A stretch of 54,795 nt of DNA from NCBI GenBank assembly GCA_903832015.1, contig CAIKZX010000020.1, positions 1 to 54,795 of the forward strand, read 5' to 3'. Source of the stretch: an uncultured Actinomycetes bacterium. Its GTDB lineage: Bacteria; Actinomycetota; Acidimicrobiia; Acidimicrobiales; RAAP-2. A program made the position numbers and the translations under genes. The notes under the pieces are model-generated. The model saw only the letters and a program-made list of their open reading frames with translations, did no database searches and was not told the origin of the DNA. Below are positions 11,564 through 21,514 of this stretch, piece after piece (positions within the stretch are counted from its first letter, which is position 1; every line of letters begins with the position of its first letter).

Positions 11564-12658
11564 TTATTGCCCTGCGAGTTGGCGGAACAGATCAACCATT
11601 TGGGCCAGCGTGAATTCCATTGAAGCGTGTCCCACCTGAAACTCGTAGCGCTGGAGATGTGTGCTCTCGCTGAGAAAGATGCCCGGCAGAGTCATAATTT
11701 TTTGTTCAGTGGCGATCTTGCGAACGCGCGCTTCCATCTCCTCTTTGGTGGCGGAAAATCGCAAGTGCATCATGGGGCTTCGAACCTCATCGGGCAAAAC
11801 CTCGATACCCTCAATTGCTCGAAGTTTCTTCGACAAGGCAACCGCTCGACGGTAATAAGCGGACATGTCTTTGGGCCGGCTCTTGACTACGTTGAGAGCG
11901 GAAGCGGCGTAGGGCCACAGCATGTAGGCGCGACCACCATGGCGCGTGCGCCATAAGGACACCTCATCGATTATTTCCGCTGTGCCTGCGACACAGCTGC
12001 CCGAAATACCACCTAGCCCCTTGTAGAAGGACACGTACACGGTGTCGAAGAGAGCACAAATGTCTTTAATTGATTTTTTTGCGGTAGCGGCGTAGTACGG
12101 CGCCGCTTCCCAGATTCGGGCCCCATCGAGATGGAGCGCTACGCCGTTTTTCTTCGCCCACCTCGTTTGGGCCACAAGCTCATTCCACGTTGGCAGGTAT
12201 CCACCCATGTCACGTTGGGGAAGCTCAAGAAGCAATGCTCCCAGTGGTTCTTTAATGTTCTTCAAAGTCTCGAGTCTGATTGGTTCATGTGGTGAGCCAC
12301 CCGTGGCCAGGACCTCTTGCAAACCATGCAGCCGCACAAATGCGTTCTCTTCGTGCGTGCGTAGGTGAGACATTGGGTGGAGAGCAACCCGCGGGTTGTG
12401 AGCGTGGTCGGTTAGGACGCGCAAGGTGGCCTGTTGCGTCATTATTCCCGTGGGCATAAAAAGAGCCTTCTCCTTTCCCAAGACCGAGGCGATGTACTCC
12501 TCTAGTTCGGTCACGACACCACCATCACCGTAGAAGTCCATATGTGTTTCGGTGGAGATTTGAGCCATGAGTGAGCTCGTGGTGCGAGGTCCGTCACCAG
12601 CCAAAAAACCAGTGCAGTGAGTACCAAGAGCGCTCAACGGCAGGAGGGGCTTAGCCAT
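11564..12658 (-). CDS. Low-specificity threonine aldolase / beta-eliminating lyase family (PLP)
   Basis: DFYGDGG, FMPTGIMTQQ, LHLDGARIWE, PLP lysine in SFYKGLGG; leaderless TAAACT 6 nt upstream. Confidence 0.88.
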   Translation of the reverse strand: MAKPLLPLSALGTHCTGFLAGDGPRTTSSLMAQISTETHMDFYGDGGVVTELEEYIASVLGKEKALFMPTGIMTQQATLRVLTDHAHNPRVALHPMSHLRTHEENAFVRLHGLQEVLATGGSPHEPIRLETLKNIKEPLGALLLELPQRDMGGYLPTWNELVAQTRWAKKNGVALHLDGARIWEAAPYYAATAKKSIKDICALFDTVYVSFYKGLGGISGSCVAGTAEIIDEVSLWRTRHGGRAYMLWPYAASALNVVKSRPKDMSAYYRRAVALSKKLRAIEGIEVLPDEVRSPMMHLRFSATKEEMEARVRKIATEQKIMTLPGIFLSESTHLQRYEFQVGHASMEFTLAQMVDLFRQLAGQ

Positions 12659-12694
12659 CAGGCGAGTTTACGACGTCGGCCCCGACTTCGAATA

Positions 12695-12739
12695 GGCGTC
12701 CCCACAGCATTTTCCAGTGAGAGAAAATTTCGGGACGCC
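12695..12739 (-). terminator. Imperfect hairpin downstream of tRNA-Leu
   Basis: GGCGTCCC...ATTTTC / GAAAAT...GGGACGCC inverted arms; no strong U-tract. Confidence 0.35.
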
Positions 12740-12764
12740 CTTCTCTCAAACTAGAGAGCACTAG

Positions 12765-12850
12765 TGGTGGGCGAGGCGGGACTTGAACCCGCACATCCTT
12801 TCGAATACCAGCACCTGAAGCTGGCGTGTCTGCCATTTCACCACTCGCCC
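12765..12850 (-). tRNA. tRNA-Leu(CAG)
   Basis: Reverse complement GGGCGAGTGGTGAAATGGCAGACACG-CCAGC TTCAGGT GCTGG-long variable arm-GGTTCAAGTCC-CTCGCCCACCA; usual neighbour of fhaA. Confidence 0.95.
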
Positions 12851-12935
12851 AAGGGAATACGAGGTTACTGGATAATTCGAATCCTTTGAAATCTTGGGCA
12901 TTTGGTGGGCAGACAGGGGTTAAAGTTAGGTAATC

Positions 12936-13583
12936 ATGGTGTTGAAAAATCTTGAAAACCGCCTCGAGCGATTGTTTTCCAAGCCATTCTCAAAGACCTT
13001 TAAGTCTGGCCTCCAACCAATCGAAATTGCCTCGCGTATTCTTCGCGAGATTGATCTCACGCGTCGCTTATCAGGACAGGGCCCCGTCTCGGCCAACGCC
13101 GTGCGGGTGTGGCTGGGTCCAGACGACGCCGAGCGGTTTGACGGGTACCAGGCGCCACTCATTCATGAACTCGAAGAGGCTGTTCGCCAGCACGCCGTGG
13201 CTGAAGGGTATAGCTTCCCCGGGCCCGTTAAAGTCGAAATTTTTTTAAAGGATGAACTGTCTCTCGGCGAGGCCGAGGTTGCCGTTCGATTTATAGCCGG
13301 TGTGGCTCAACCAAAATTTATTTGCTCCGATGGTCGAAGCTTCGTGGTGGGCGAGCACCCACTAATTATTGGGCGCAGCCCTGATGTCGACATTACGGTC
13401 AACGACGCCAACGTATCTCGCCAACACGCCGAAGTGTGGCGTACCCCAGAGGGAGTAGCAATTCGAGACCTCGGTTCTACTAACGGCACCGTTGTTAACG
13501 GCCATGTGATTGAAGCCGTGTCGCTCTCCGCGCGCGATGAGGTGTCAATCGGAAATGTCCGGTTCAGAGTAGAGCTGGCCTAA
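12936..13583 (+). CDS. fhaA: FhaA (DUF3662 + FHA domain)
   Basis: N-terminal LENRLERL..F...F.S.LQPIEIA; FHA motifs IGR, VSRQH, STNGT. Confidence 0.9.
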   Translation: MVLKNLENRLERLFSKPFSKTFKSGLQPIEIASRILREIDLTRRLSGQGPVSANAVRVWLGPDDAERFDGYQAPLIHELEEAVRQHAVAEGYSFPGPVKVEIFLKDELSLGEAEVAVRFIAGVAQPKFICSDGRSFVVGEHPLIIGRSPDVDITVNDANVSRQHAEVWRTPEGVAIRDLGSTNGTVVNGHVIEAVSLSARDEVSIGNVRFRVELA

Positions 13584-14017
13584 TGTCATTCGCGGTCACC
13601 AACTACGCGGCGATAATCCGACCGCTGCAACTTTTAGTATTAGCCGTTGCGGGAATCTTTCTGCTGCGTGTGTTGCGGGTCGCATCAGTGGCGGCCAAGG
13701 CAACGGACGGCTCTCAGAAGCAGGGCCGTGGTTTGGCCTTGGAAATTATTGAACCCCTCGACCGAGCGGGCGAGCGCGTTGAAGTTGAAGGAACGATGGT
13801 TCTGGGTCGTGCCCCCGACTGCCAATTACGAATTGCTGACAACTTCCTCTCTTCACACCACGCGCGTTTTCAGAACGACGGGGGAGATTTGACCATTGAG
13901 GATTTGGACTCCACAAATGGTAGCTACGTGAATCAAGTGAGCGTCACGGAACGGATTCACCTTGATCGTGGCGACATCGTGCAGGTGGGTGGCGTTTTGT
14001 TTGAGGTCGTGCGTTGA
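13583..14017 (+). CDS. fhaB: FhaB/FipA membrane-anchored FHA protein
   Basis: N-terminal TM, LGR, SSHH, STNGS; synteny. Confidence 0.85.
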   Translation: MSFAVTNYAAIIRPLQLLVLAVAGIFLLRVLRVASVAAKATDGSQKQGRGLALEIIEPLDRAGERVEVEGTMVLGRAPDCQLRIADNFLSSHHARFQNDGGDLTIEDLDSTNGSYVNQVSVTERIHLDRGDIVQVGGVLFEVVR

Positions 14018-15204
14018 CTCGTTGGCGCTACGCCTCGGCAACCGATACCGGTGTTGTTCGCCAAGCGAATCAAGACGCCATCTACGTTGATGATTCCTTG
14101 GCGATTGTGGCCGACGGCATGGGTGGCCACGCGGCGGGTGAGGTGGCCTCGGCCATGTCCATCGACGTTGTTTCGCGGGCCTTTAAGACCAACCCAACTC
14201 TTGAGGGGCTAGAGAGCGCGATTGAACGAGCAAATTTTGACGTGCTGGCTGACGCCAAAGCCAATCCATCGAGATTTGGTATGGGCACAACGGTCATCGC
14301 AGTCGCCCTGGTGGTCGAGGGTGATCAGCGCGTCGCAACTTTATTTCACGTCGGGGACTCGCGGGCATATCAAATTCGAGATGGGGCAATTCGCCAGCTC
14401 AGCGAAGACCACAGCGTTGCTGAAGAATGGGTTCGCATGGGCAAGATCACCTCGCAAGAGGCTGCGGTACACCCTAAACGTCACCAGCTCACTCGGGCTA
14501 TCGGTGTTGAGGACCGCCTTAATATCGATGTTCTTTCGCTTTCGCTCCAGCCCGGTGACCGCGTGCTGTTGTGCAGTGACGGCCTAAGTAACGAAGTCAC
14601 CGACGATCAAATCGCTAAGACCGTTAGCGGTGGTGACAACCTGTCAGAGATTGTCAGAAGCCTCGTGGCGCAGGCAAATGAAAATGGCGGGCGCGACAAT
14701 ATTTCCGCCGTACTGCTCGAGTTTGATGAGGTGACGGCTAGTACCCAGCCGGTCAAGAAAACCCGCACCTCCATCGCTGCTCCAGCGAAAGAAGGCACGA
14801 AAAAGCCTGTTACGAGTCAGCGACGTCGTCGTGCACTTTGGAGCTTCGGGTGGCGGGTTTACGCCTTTATCGGATCAGGCATTGCGGTGGTGGTGGGATT
14901 CTTCGCAATCTTGCACTGGTACGCGTACTCCACCTATTACGTGGGAGACGATAACGGAATAGTTGCGGTCTTTCAAGGTTCACCAGGTGGGGTGGCAATG
15001 TATCACCCAATCAAAGTATTGGACACCACCTTTCCAATGAATGAGCTCCTTTTTGGTGATTCATTGTTGGTACAACACGGCATTGTTGAACCATCACTCG
15101 AAGCCGCACTCAACAAAGCAAACTACCTGCACAACTCCTTTCTGTTAAGTCACCCAACCACCACAACCACAACTACAACGACCACAGTGAAGGCAAAGGC
15201 TTAG
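14014..15204 (+). CDS. pstP: PP2C-family Ser/Thr phosphatase PstP
   Basis: VADGMGGHAAGEVAS, GMGTT, HVGDSRAY, LCSDGL, GGRDNIS; one TM; C-terminal poly-Thr tail. Confidence 0.92.
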   Translation: MTRWRYASATDTGVVRQANQDAIYVDDSLAIVADGMGGHAAGEVASAMSIDVVSRAFKTNPTLEGLESAIERANFDVLADAKANPSRFGMGTTVIAVALVVEGDQRVATLFHVGDSRAYQIRDGAIRQLSEDHSVAEEWVRMGKITSQEAAVHPKRHQLTRAIGVEDRLNIDVLSLSLQPGDRVLLCSDGLSNEVTDDQIAKTVSGGDNLSEIVRSLVAQANENGGRDNISAVLLEFDEVTASTQPVKKTRTSIAAPAKEGTKKPVTSQRRRRALWSFGWRVYAFIGSGIAVVVGFFAILHWYAYSTYYVGDDNGIVAVFQGSPGGVAMYHPIKVLDTTFPMNELLFGDSLLVQHGIVEPSLEAALNKANYLHNSFLLSHPTTTTTTTTTTVKAKA

Positions 15205-15206
15205 TT

Positions 15207-16697
15207 ATGGGTCGTCGCATCAGTACGTTGGCCGTTCTAATCCTGGTGTTGTTTGGCGTATTGGCGGTCCAAGCCGCGAACATTCAGTTTGTACGCGCAC
15301 CCGCACTCAACGCTTCTTCGGAGAATCCCCGAGTAATGTTCAGCGCCACCAACTTTGCTCGTGGCGATATCACCGCGGCCAATGGTGAACTGTTGGCTCG
15401 TTCGGTTCCCTCGGGATCGATTTTCCGGAGGCAATACCCTCTCGGTTCTCTGACCGCTGGAGTCGTTGGTTTTTCCTCCTCCTTCTACGGAACGTGGGGT
15501 CTCGAGGCCCAGTACAACTCCGTATTAACCGCGCACTCCCAACCCGCGCACAGTCTGGCGCAGCTCATCGCACCGACTACCGCCGGGAGCAATATTTCTT
15601 TGACCCTGAACCCAATTCTGCAACGGGTAGCCAAGAGAGCTCTCAACGGTCGAGATGGCGCGGTCGTGGCCATAAACCCCGCAACGGGGGGTATTTTGGC
15701 GATGTACTCGAATCCAACCTACGACCCAAACGCGTTTACCTCCTCGGATTACGCCAAGGTGAAGAAGGCGTGGTTAGCGGGAACAAAGAAAAATCAGAAC
15801 GGCTTCGCCGCGCTGGCCCCCGTGGCTACCGAGAACTCATTTCCCCCGGGATCGACTTTCAAAATAATTGACACTGCTTCAGTGCTGACTTCGAGACCCG
15901 ACCTGTGGTTCAAGTCGTATCCCCAAATGACCGAGACACCGCTGCCCAACTCGAACCTTACGCTCTCAAATTTCGCCCACCGAAGGTGCGGGGGAACCAT
16001 TGCCCAGATGCTCCCGCCTTCGTGTGACACCGGATTTGCGCTCGCCGGATTAGATCTTGGCGCGGCCTTTCTGTCGGCAACCGCCGAAACCTTTGGCTTC
16101 AATCAAACGCCACCACTAGACCTACCCGGTACCGTCGCATCTACTTTCCCGACCCCGCAACAGCTAGCCAACGACTTGCCGGGTTTGGCCTATTCGGCGA
16201 TTGGACAAAAGAACGTTCGTGCGACGACCCTACAAAATGCTCTGGTCGCGGCCACCATTGCCAACGACGGCGTGATGATGGTTCCCCATTTGTTAAATAA
16301 TGTCACCGCGGCTGATGGAACGTTGATCCGGCACTACGTCCCCAAAACCTGGTTAAACCCACTCACGCCCAGCCAGACGGCTCAAGTAAAACAGCTCATG
16401 GTCAACGTGGGTCGATTCGGAACCGCATCGGGCGTTTTCCCTAAATTTCTGCATGTGGGAGCCAAGACCGGAACCTCCCAAGTGGGTAACCTCAAGGACC
16501 AGACGGACGACTGGATGATTGCCTTCTGGCCAGCCGACCACCCGACCATCGCGGTGGCGGTGGCCCTACCCTTCCAGCCGAACGCCACCGAGGGTGCCAC
16601 CACGGCCGGCCCCGTCATGAATTGCGTCCTCGAGGCGGCCCTCGCCATAAGCACCGGACAACCAGCCAGTGGCACGGCCATGACCTGTCCAAAATAG
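15207..16697 (+). CDS. pbpA: Class B penicillin-binding protein PbpA
   Basis: N-terminal TM, RGDI, GLEAQY, PGSTFK (SxxK), SCD (SxN/D), AKTGT. Confidence 0.9.
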   Translation: MGRRISTLAVLILVLFGVLAVQAANIQFVRAPALNASSENPRVMFSATNFARGDITAANGELLARSVPSGSIFRRQYPLGSLTAGVVGFSSSFYGTWGLEAQYNSVLTAHSQPAHSLAQLIAPTTAGSNISLTLNPILQRVAKRALNGRDGAVVAINPATGGILAMYSNPTYDPNAFTSSDYAKVKKAWLAGTKKNQNGFAALAPVATENSFPPGSTFKIIDTASVLTSRPDLWFKSYPQMTETPLPNSNLTLSNFAHRRCGGTIAQMLPPSCDTGFALAGLDLGAAFLSATAETFGFNQTPPLDLPGTVASTFPTPQQLANDLPGLAYSAIGQKNVRATTLQNALVAATIANDGVMMVPHLLNNVTAADGTLIRHYVPKTWLNPLTPSQTAQVKQLMVNVGRFGTASGVFPKFLHVGAKTGTSQVGNLKDQTDDWMIAFWPADHPTIAVAVALPFQPNATEGATTAGPVMNCVLEAALAISTGQPASGTAMTCPK

Positions 16698-16739
16698 TCA
16701 AATGACTACGAGAGAATAAGGCGTAGGCTAGAAACACTT

Positions 16740-18638
16740 ATGGAGCCCGTCAGCGACCCACGGCTATATTCAAACCGCTATCAAGTAACTCACCTCATTG
16801 CCCGAGGTGGGATGGCTCTCGTCTACCGAGCCGAAGACAAACTGTTAAACCGCCCCGTCGCGTTAAAGATTCTCTACCCCGAGCTCAGCAACGACCGCAA
16901 CTTCGTTGAGCGTTTCCGTCGCGAAGCCCAAGCTGCGGCGAATCTATCGCACCCCAATATTGTTCCGGTCTACGACTGGGGCGAGGACGACGGAGCGTAC
17001 TTCATCGTCATGGAACTCATTGAGGGCAAAACTCTGGCCGAGATGTTGCGCGGTGGCAAAAAGGTCACTCCCACGCGTGCAGTGCAAGTAGTTGCCCAGG
17101 TGGCAGCCGCTTTGGGTTTTGCTCACCGCTCGGGGGTCGTCCACCGCGACGTCAAGCCCGCAAATATTCTTCTCACCTCCGATGGGCAGGTTAAGGTCAC
17201 CGACTTTGGAATCGCCCAAGCGGTAGCCAGTAAAGATCACCTAGCTGAAGAGGGTTCGGTGATGGGCACCGCTACCTATTTCTCCCCCGAACAAGCCGAA
17301 GGATCGGTCGCCGACGGACGAAGTGACGTGTACTCACTGGGTGTAGTGCTCTACGAAATGCTCGTGGGTCGTCCACCCTTTACCGGCGACTCTCCACTCG
17401 AGGTTTCTACCCAACACGTAAACGCCAAGGCTCCCGCGCCGTCGGTCTTCAACCCGAAGATTCCCGCCGAGTTGGAAGCAATTGTCTTGATGGCGTTGGC
17501 CAAGTCTCCAAAGAAGCGTTACCAAACCGCCGAAGAGTTGAGGACGGACCTGCTCCGATTCGGCGAAGGACAGCCCACTCGAGCGGGGGGCACACCGACG
17601 GGAGCCTTTACTGGTTCTGATTCGACTCGCGCGGTGGGCCGAGTAACGAGTTCGGGCGAGCGCACTCAAGCGGTGCCAATCATGACCGGACCCCGCACCG
17701 ACATTCGACGCAAGCGGCGCATTGCTCCGAGTCAGATCATGGGGGCGGCTGCTCTGGTGATCGCCGTAGCGGCGCTGGGGTATTTCTTCGTGGGTTCAGC
17801 GAGTTCGAACACGATGCCCAACGTCGTTGGCCAACAGGCTTCTCAGGCGGTCTCGACCTTGAAGGCCAATGGACTCATCATCACCTCGACGAAGTTGGTT
17901 ACCTCAACCAAGCCCAAGGGTTCGGTCCTCTCAACCAACCCTCCAGCAGGTGCTCACATTACGAAGGGGGAGTCGGTCTCTTTGAAGGTGAGCCTTGGAC
18001 CCAACACCGTTGCGGTACAAATACCTAACGTGATCAACCTGAGCCTTAGTGACGCGGAGAGTTTGTTGCTCGGTCTGGGGTTGAGTCCAAAACCAGTCTT
18101 CGTTTTATCAGCCCCCACGCCAAACGCGGTTCCCAATACCGTGCTGTTGCAAAACCCACCAGCGGGCACGCAAGGCCACACTGGTAACTCGGTGGAGATC
18201 ACGATTCTGGCGCCGGGCGTGAATTTCACCTTGCCCGATGTCTCAGGGGACACGACGTTGGCCGCGGCGACAGCCCTTGGCCAAATTGGATTATCTATTA
18301 GCCCGACTACCACCACGGAGTGTTCCAACACCATTGCGAGTGGGAACGTAGCCGCAACCCTTCCGGTCGCTGGTGCCAGTGTTAAAGCGGGTGTCGCCAT
18401 TGAGCTGATCACCTCTTCGGGGGTTTGTCAGGTGACGGTGCCCAATGTTTCGAATCCGATGGTCTCGTCCGCTTCGGCGATTGCCACGTTGAAGGGACAA
18501 GGTTTTGTCGTGGCGTCGCCAATCCTGATTCAGACAATTGCGGGCTGTGTGAACAGCGGAGACATTAATTCGCAGAGCCCGGCGGCGGGCACCCTGGTGC
18601 CCTACGGTTCGACCGTGACCCTTCTGGCCTGTCCGTAG
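16740..18638 (+). CDS. pknB: PASTA-domain Ser/Thr kinase PknB
   Basis: ARGGMALVY, VALK, HRDVKPANI, DFG, GTATYFSPEQ; one TM; about four PASTA repeats (starting MPNVVG, IPNVIN, LPDVSG, VPNVSN). Confidence 0.93.
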   Translation: MEPVSDPRLYSNRYQVTHLIARGGMALVYRAEDKLLNRPVALKILYPELSNDRNFVERFRREAQAAANLSHPNIVPVYDWGEDDGAYFIVMELIEGKTLAEMLRGGKKVTPTRAVQVVAQVAAALGFAHRSGVVHRDVKPANILLTSDGQVKVTDFGIAQAVASKDHLAEEGSVMGTATYFSPEQAEGSVADGRSDVYSLGVVLYEMLVGRPPFTGDSPLEVSTQHVNAKAPAPSVFNPKIPAELEAIVLMALAKSPKKRYQTAEELRTDLLRFGEGQPTRAGGTPTGAFTGSDSTRAVGRVTSSGERTQAVPIMTGPRTDIRRKRRIAPSQIMGAAALVIAVAALGYFFVGSASSNTMPNVVGQQASQAVSTLKANGLIITSTKLVTSTKPKGSVLSTNPPAGAHITKGESVSLKVSLGPNTVAVQIPNVINLSLSDAESLLLGLGLSPKPVFVLSAPTPNAVPNTVLLQNPPAGTQGHTGNSVEITILAPGVNFTLPDVSGDTTLAAATALGQIGLSISPTTTTECSNTIASGNVAATLPVAGASVKAGVAIELITSSGVCQVTVPNVSNPMVSSASAIATLKGQGFVVASPILIQTIAGCVNSGDINSQSPAAGTLVPYGSTVTLLACP

Positions 18639-18660
18639 GCGAGCCACTACTATTTTGATG

Positions 18661-18930
18661 ATGGCCAAGCGCACCGAAAATTCAAAGCCGAAATTGGGTC
18701 AATACGTATCGCCAACCCAGAGTGGGCGCATCACCCAGAAGCAACCATCGGAATCAAAACAAAGTTCCGAAACCCTTGGCGTGGCGATCTTGCAGATGTT
18801 CGCCTTTGGGCTGTTGGTAATTTCCCTTAACTACCTCCAGGTACTGCCCGGTTCCACCTCGCCCTGGTACCTACTGGTTGGACTCGGGGCGCTCTTTGGC
18901 GGTTTTTACCTCGCCACTCGATACCACTAG
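18661..18930 (+). CDS. crgA: Cell division protein CrgA
   Basis: Small protein with a basic N-terminus, two TMs, LNYL loop and C-terminal ATRYH; next to pknB; TACTAT -10 7 nt before ATG 18661. Confidence 0.75.
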   Translation: MAKRTENSKPKLGQYVSPTQSGRITQKQPSESKQSSETLGVAILQMFAFGLLVISLNYLQVLPGSTSPWYLLVGLGALFGGFYLATRYH

Positions 18931-18951
18931 CGCCAGCAGTCCTTTCGCCCC

Positions 18952-19716
18952 CTAGAGCGCAGCGCGCAGGGAGGCGACGAAGGCGGTGACTTCAGCCGAA
19001 CTCGCGCCATCCATCAACAGTTTTACGAGCACTGAGCCCACGATTACCCCGTCGGCTACTTGCCCGGCCTGCGCGGCTTGAGTGGGGGTGGTGATTCCAA
19101 TCCCGATGTAGGCGGGAACATCGGAGTGTCGGCGGATCATTGAAACAACCTCACCACCACTTCCTTCGTCACTCGCGGCACCGGTAACGGCCATACGAGC
19201 CGAGGCGTAGGCGAACCCCTCGGTGGTCGCAACCAGAGCGGCGGCGCGTGAATCATTAGTCGACGGGGCCACCATGAGAATGGTGGCAATGTCATTGGCG
19301 TCACAGTGTGCGCGCCACTCCGAGGATTCTTCGAGAGTGAGGTCAGGAATAATCGCGCCAACTACACCAGCCCGGTGCAACTTGGCTGCGGCCGAGGCCA
19401 GTCCTTCATGGAGCAATACGTTGTAGTAGGTCATCACAATAAGCGGGACGCTAAATCGACGCTTGCCGAGTTCGTCGAGAATTGAATCAAGATTTGCTCC
19501 GCGTTCGAGTGCCCGGGTACCCGCTTGTTGGATAACGACACCATCCATCAACGGGTCCGAAAAAGGAAGGCCAATTTCAATTGCGTCGGCCCCACCCTCG
19601 ACGAGCGCGTCAATCGTGGCGGTCCAATCATCAGTGAGACCCGCCATGAAGTAGGGAACAAGGGCGGTACGCCCAGAGTCACGCAGGGCGCGAAGAGATG
19701 TTTCTAACGACTTCAT
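18952..19716 (-). CDS. trpA: Tryptophan synthase alpha subunit
   Basis: EIGLPFSDPLMDGVVIQ, MTYYN, IIPDL, DGVIVGS. Confidence 0.95.
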   Translation of the reverse strand: MKSLETSLRALRDSGRTALVPYFMAGLTDDWTATIDALVEGGADAIEIGLPFSDPLMDGVVIQQAGTRALERGANLDSILDELGKRRFSVPLIVMTYYNVLLHEGLASAAAKLHRAGVVGAIIPDLTLEESSEWRAHCDANDIATILMVAPSTNDSRAAALVATTEGFAYASARMAVTGAASDEGSGGEVVSMIRRHSDVPAYIGIGITTPTQAAQAGQVADGVIVGSVLVKLLMDGASSAEVTAFVASLRAAL

Positions 19717-20894
19717 TACTTACCGTCGAGCATTTCTTTGACCTGCGCCACATCTTTGTCGCCGCGACCAGACAGGTTAAGCAAAACGGTGGAACCCTTA
19801 GGCAAGGACTTTCCAGCCTCTTTGGCGATCCACGCCACCGCGTGCGCCGTTTCGAGAGCAGGAATGATTCCCTCGTATCGACTTAACAGCGACAAAGCGT
19901 CCAGAACCTCGTCGTCTCCGATAGAAACGTATTCGGCGCGCCCGGAGGCGGCCAAGTGTGCGTGTTCGGGACCAATGCCTGGGTAGTCGAGCCCGGCGGA
20001 GATGGAGTGGGCCTCACGAATCTGACCGTGGGGGTCTTGGAGCAACATCGAACGCATGCCGTGAAGAACGCCCGGTTCGCCCGAGGCAATAGCCGCTCCA
20101 CCCAAGGCCTCAACGCCAATGAGTCGACTCGTGTCGTTGGCAAAGCCCGCGAATATTCCGGCGGCGTTACTTCCACCACCAACACAGGCCACAATCGCGT
20201 CAGGAACCTCACTTTCGAATTCCTTCATTTGCTCTCGTGATTCAACACCAATAATGCTTTGGAATTCACGCACCATCCAGGGGAATGGGTGCGGGCCCAT
20301 AACGGAACCGAGGCAGTAGTGCGTGTCGCTAACGCATGTGACCCATTCACGCATGGCTTCACCGACGGCATCTTTTAGGGTGCGCGAACCGGAGGTTACG
20401 GGCACGACCTTGGCCCCGAGTAGTTCCATTCGGAAAACATTGAGAATCTGTCGTCGAGTGTCAATCTCACCCATGTAAACAGTGCACTCGAGTCCCAGAC
20501 GGGCGGCGGCAGTGGCGGAAGCTACGCCGTGCTGACCGGCACCGGTCTCAGCGATCATGCGAGTCTTGCCCATGCGCCTGGTGAGAAGGGCCTGCCCTAC
20601 GACGTTGTTGAGTTTGTGTGATCCGGTGTGGGCGAGGTCTTCACGTTTGGCGTAGAGACGAATACCGAGCTCTTCAGAGAGCCTGGGCAATGGCGTAACG
20701 GGGGTTGGTCGACCGCCAAAGATGCGAAGGGTGGTGTGAAACTCCTCACGAAATCCTGGGTCGCCCCACGCCTCGCGAAAGGCGGCGTCTAGTTCACTGA
20801 CCGCGGGGTAGAGCGCCTCGGGAACGAAACGTCCACCGAAGTCGCCAAAGCGGCCGTCGTCATTGGGGGTACCCATTACATCAAGCTGTGCCAT
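19716..20894 (-). CDS. trpB: Tryptophan synthase beta subunit
   Basis: [47 protein letters not shown]. Confidence 0.97.
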   Translation of the reverse strand: MAQLDVMGTPNDDGRFGDFGGRFVPEALYPAVSELDAAFREAWGDPGFREEFHTTLRIFGGRPTPVTPLPRLSEELGIRLYAKREDLAHTGSHKLNNVVGQALLTRRMGKTRMIAETGAGQHGVASATAAARLGLECTVYMGEIDTRRQILNVFRMELLGAKVVPVTSGSRTLKDAVGEAMREWVTCVSDTHYCLGSVMGPHPFPWMVREFQSIIGVESREQMKEFESEVPDAIVACVGGGSNAAGIFAGFANDTSRLIGVEALGGAAIASGEPGVLHGMRSMLLQDPHGQIREAHSISAGLDYPGIGPEHAHLAASGRAEYVSIGDDEVLDALSLLSRYEGIIPALETAHAVAWIAKEAGKSLPKGSTVLLNLSGRGDKDVAQVKEMLDGK

Positions 20895-21514
20895 TACTGT
20901 TCCTCAAAGGCTTGGTTGGCCATAGTGATAAATCCTAAAACTTTGGTCGCATCTTTAACGCCCGGCGTACTTTCGACACCACTCGCGACATCTACACCGT
21001 AGGGGCGAAACTGGCGAATTGCGTCAAAAACGTTTTCCGGGTTGAGCCCACCGGCCAAGATGCGAGGAGTGGTTAGCAACGCCTCGTCAAATTCACTGAA
21101 ATTGTTGAGTTCTCCCGAACCCGGGGCGGGGTTGTCCAAGAGCAGCGCGTCGAACTGTTCGGTGGATTCTGGAGCGTCGGAACCCCGATGGTGGACCAGG
21201 AAGAGCCGCAAATTACGGTGGCACAACTGTTCGTAGAGCTCGGCGGTGGGGACCTCGTGGAGCTGTACGCCATCAAGTGAAACGGCGTCAACAATCTCCA
21301 CAATCTCCTCCTCGCTGAGACCTTTCATGACACCAACTCGAATGGCCCCAACGGCAGCCGCCGAGAGTTCGCGGGCCTGCTCAATGGTTACCTGTCGCGA
21401 GCTGGGAGCAAAGATAAAACCGACCGTGTTGGCACCAGAACTAATTGCCATGGTCACGTCCTCCACTCTGGTGAGGCCACAGATCTTGATCAAATTCGTT
21501 GGCAGGGCTTTCAT
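20894..21514 (-). CDS. trpF: Phosphoribosylanthranilate isomerase
   Basis: [38 protein letters not shown]. Confidence 0.93.
   Translation of the reverse strand: MKALPTNLIKICGLTRVEDVTMAISSGANTVGFIFAPSSRQVTIEQARELSAAAVGAIRVGVMKGLSEEEIVEIVDAVSLDGVQLHEVPTAELYEQLCHRNLRLFLVHHRGSDAPESTEQFDALLLDNPAPGSGELNNFSEFDEALLTTPRILAGGLNPENVFDAIRQFRPYGVDVASGVESTPGVKDATKVLGFITMANQAFEEQ

Noticed and set aside
15150-15190. ACC/ACA/ACT repeat as a microsatellite or contingency locus
   Set aside because: It encodes the PstP poly-Thr tail with mixed synonymous codons, so it is a protein-level feature.
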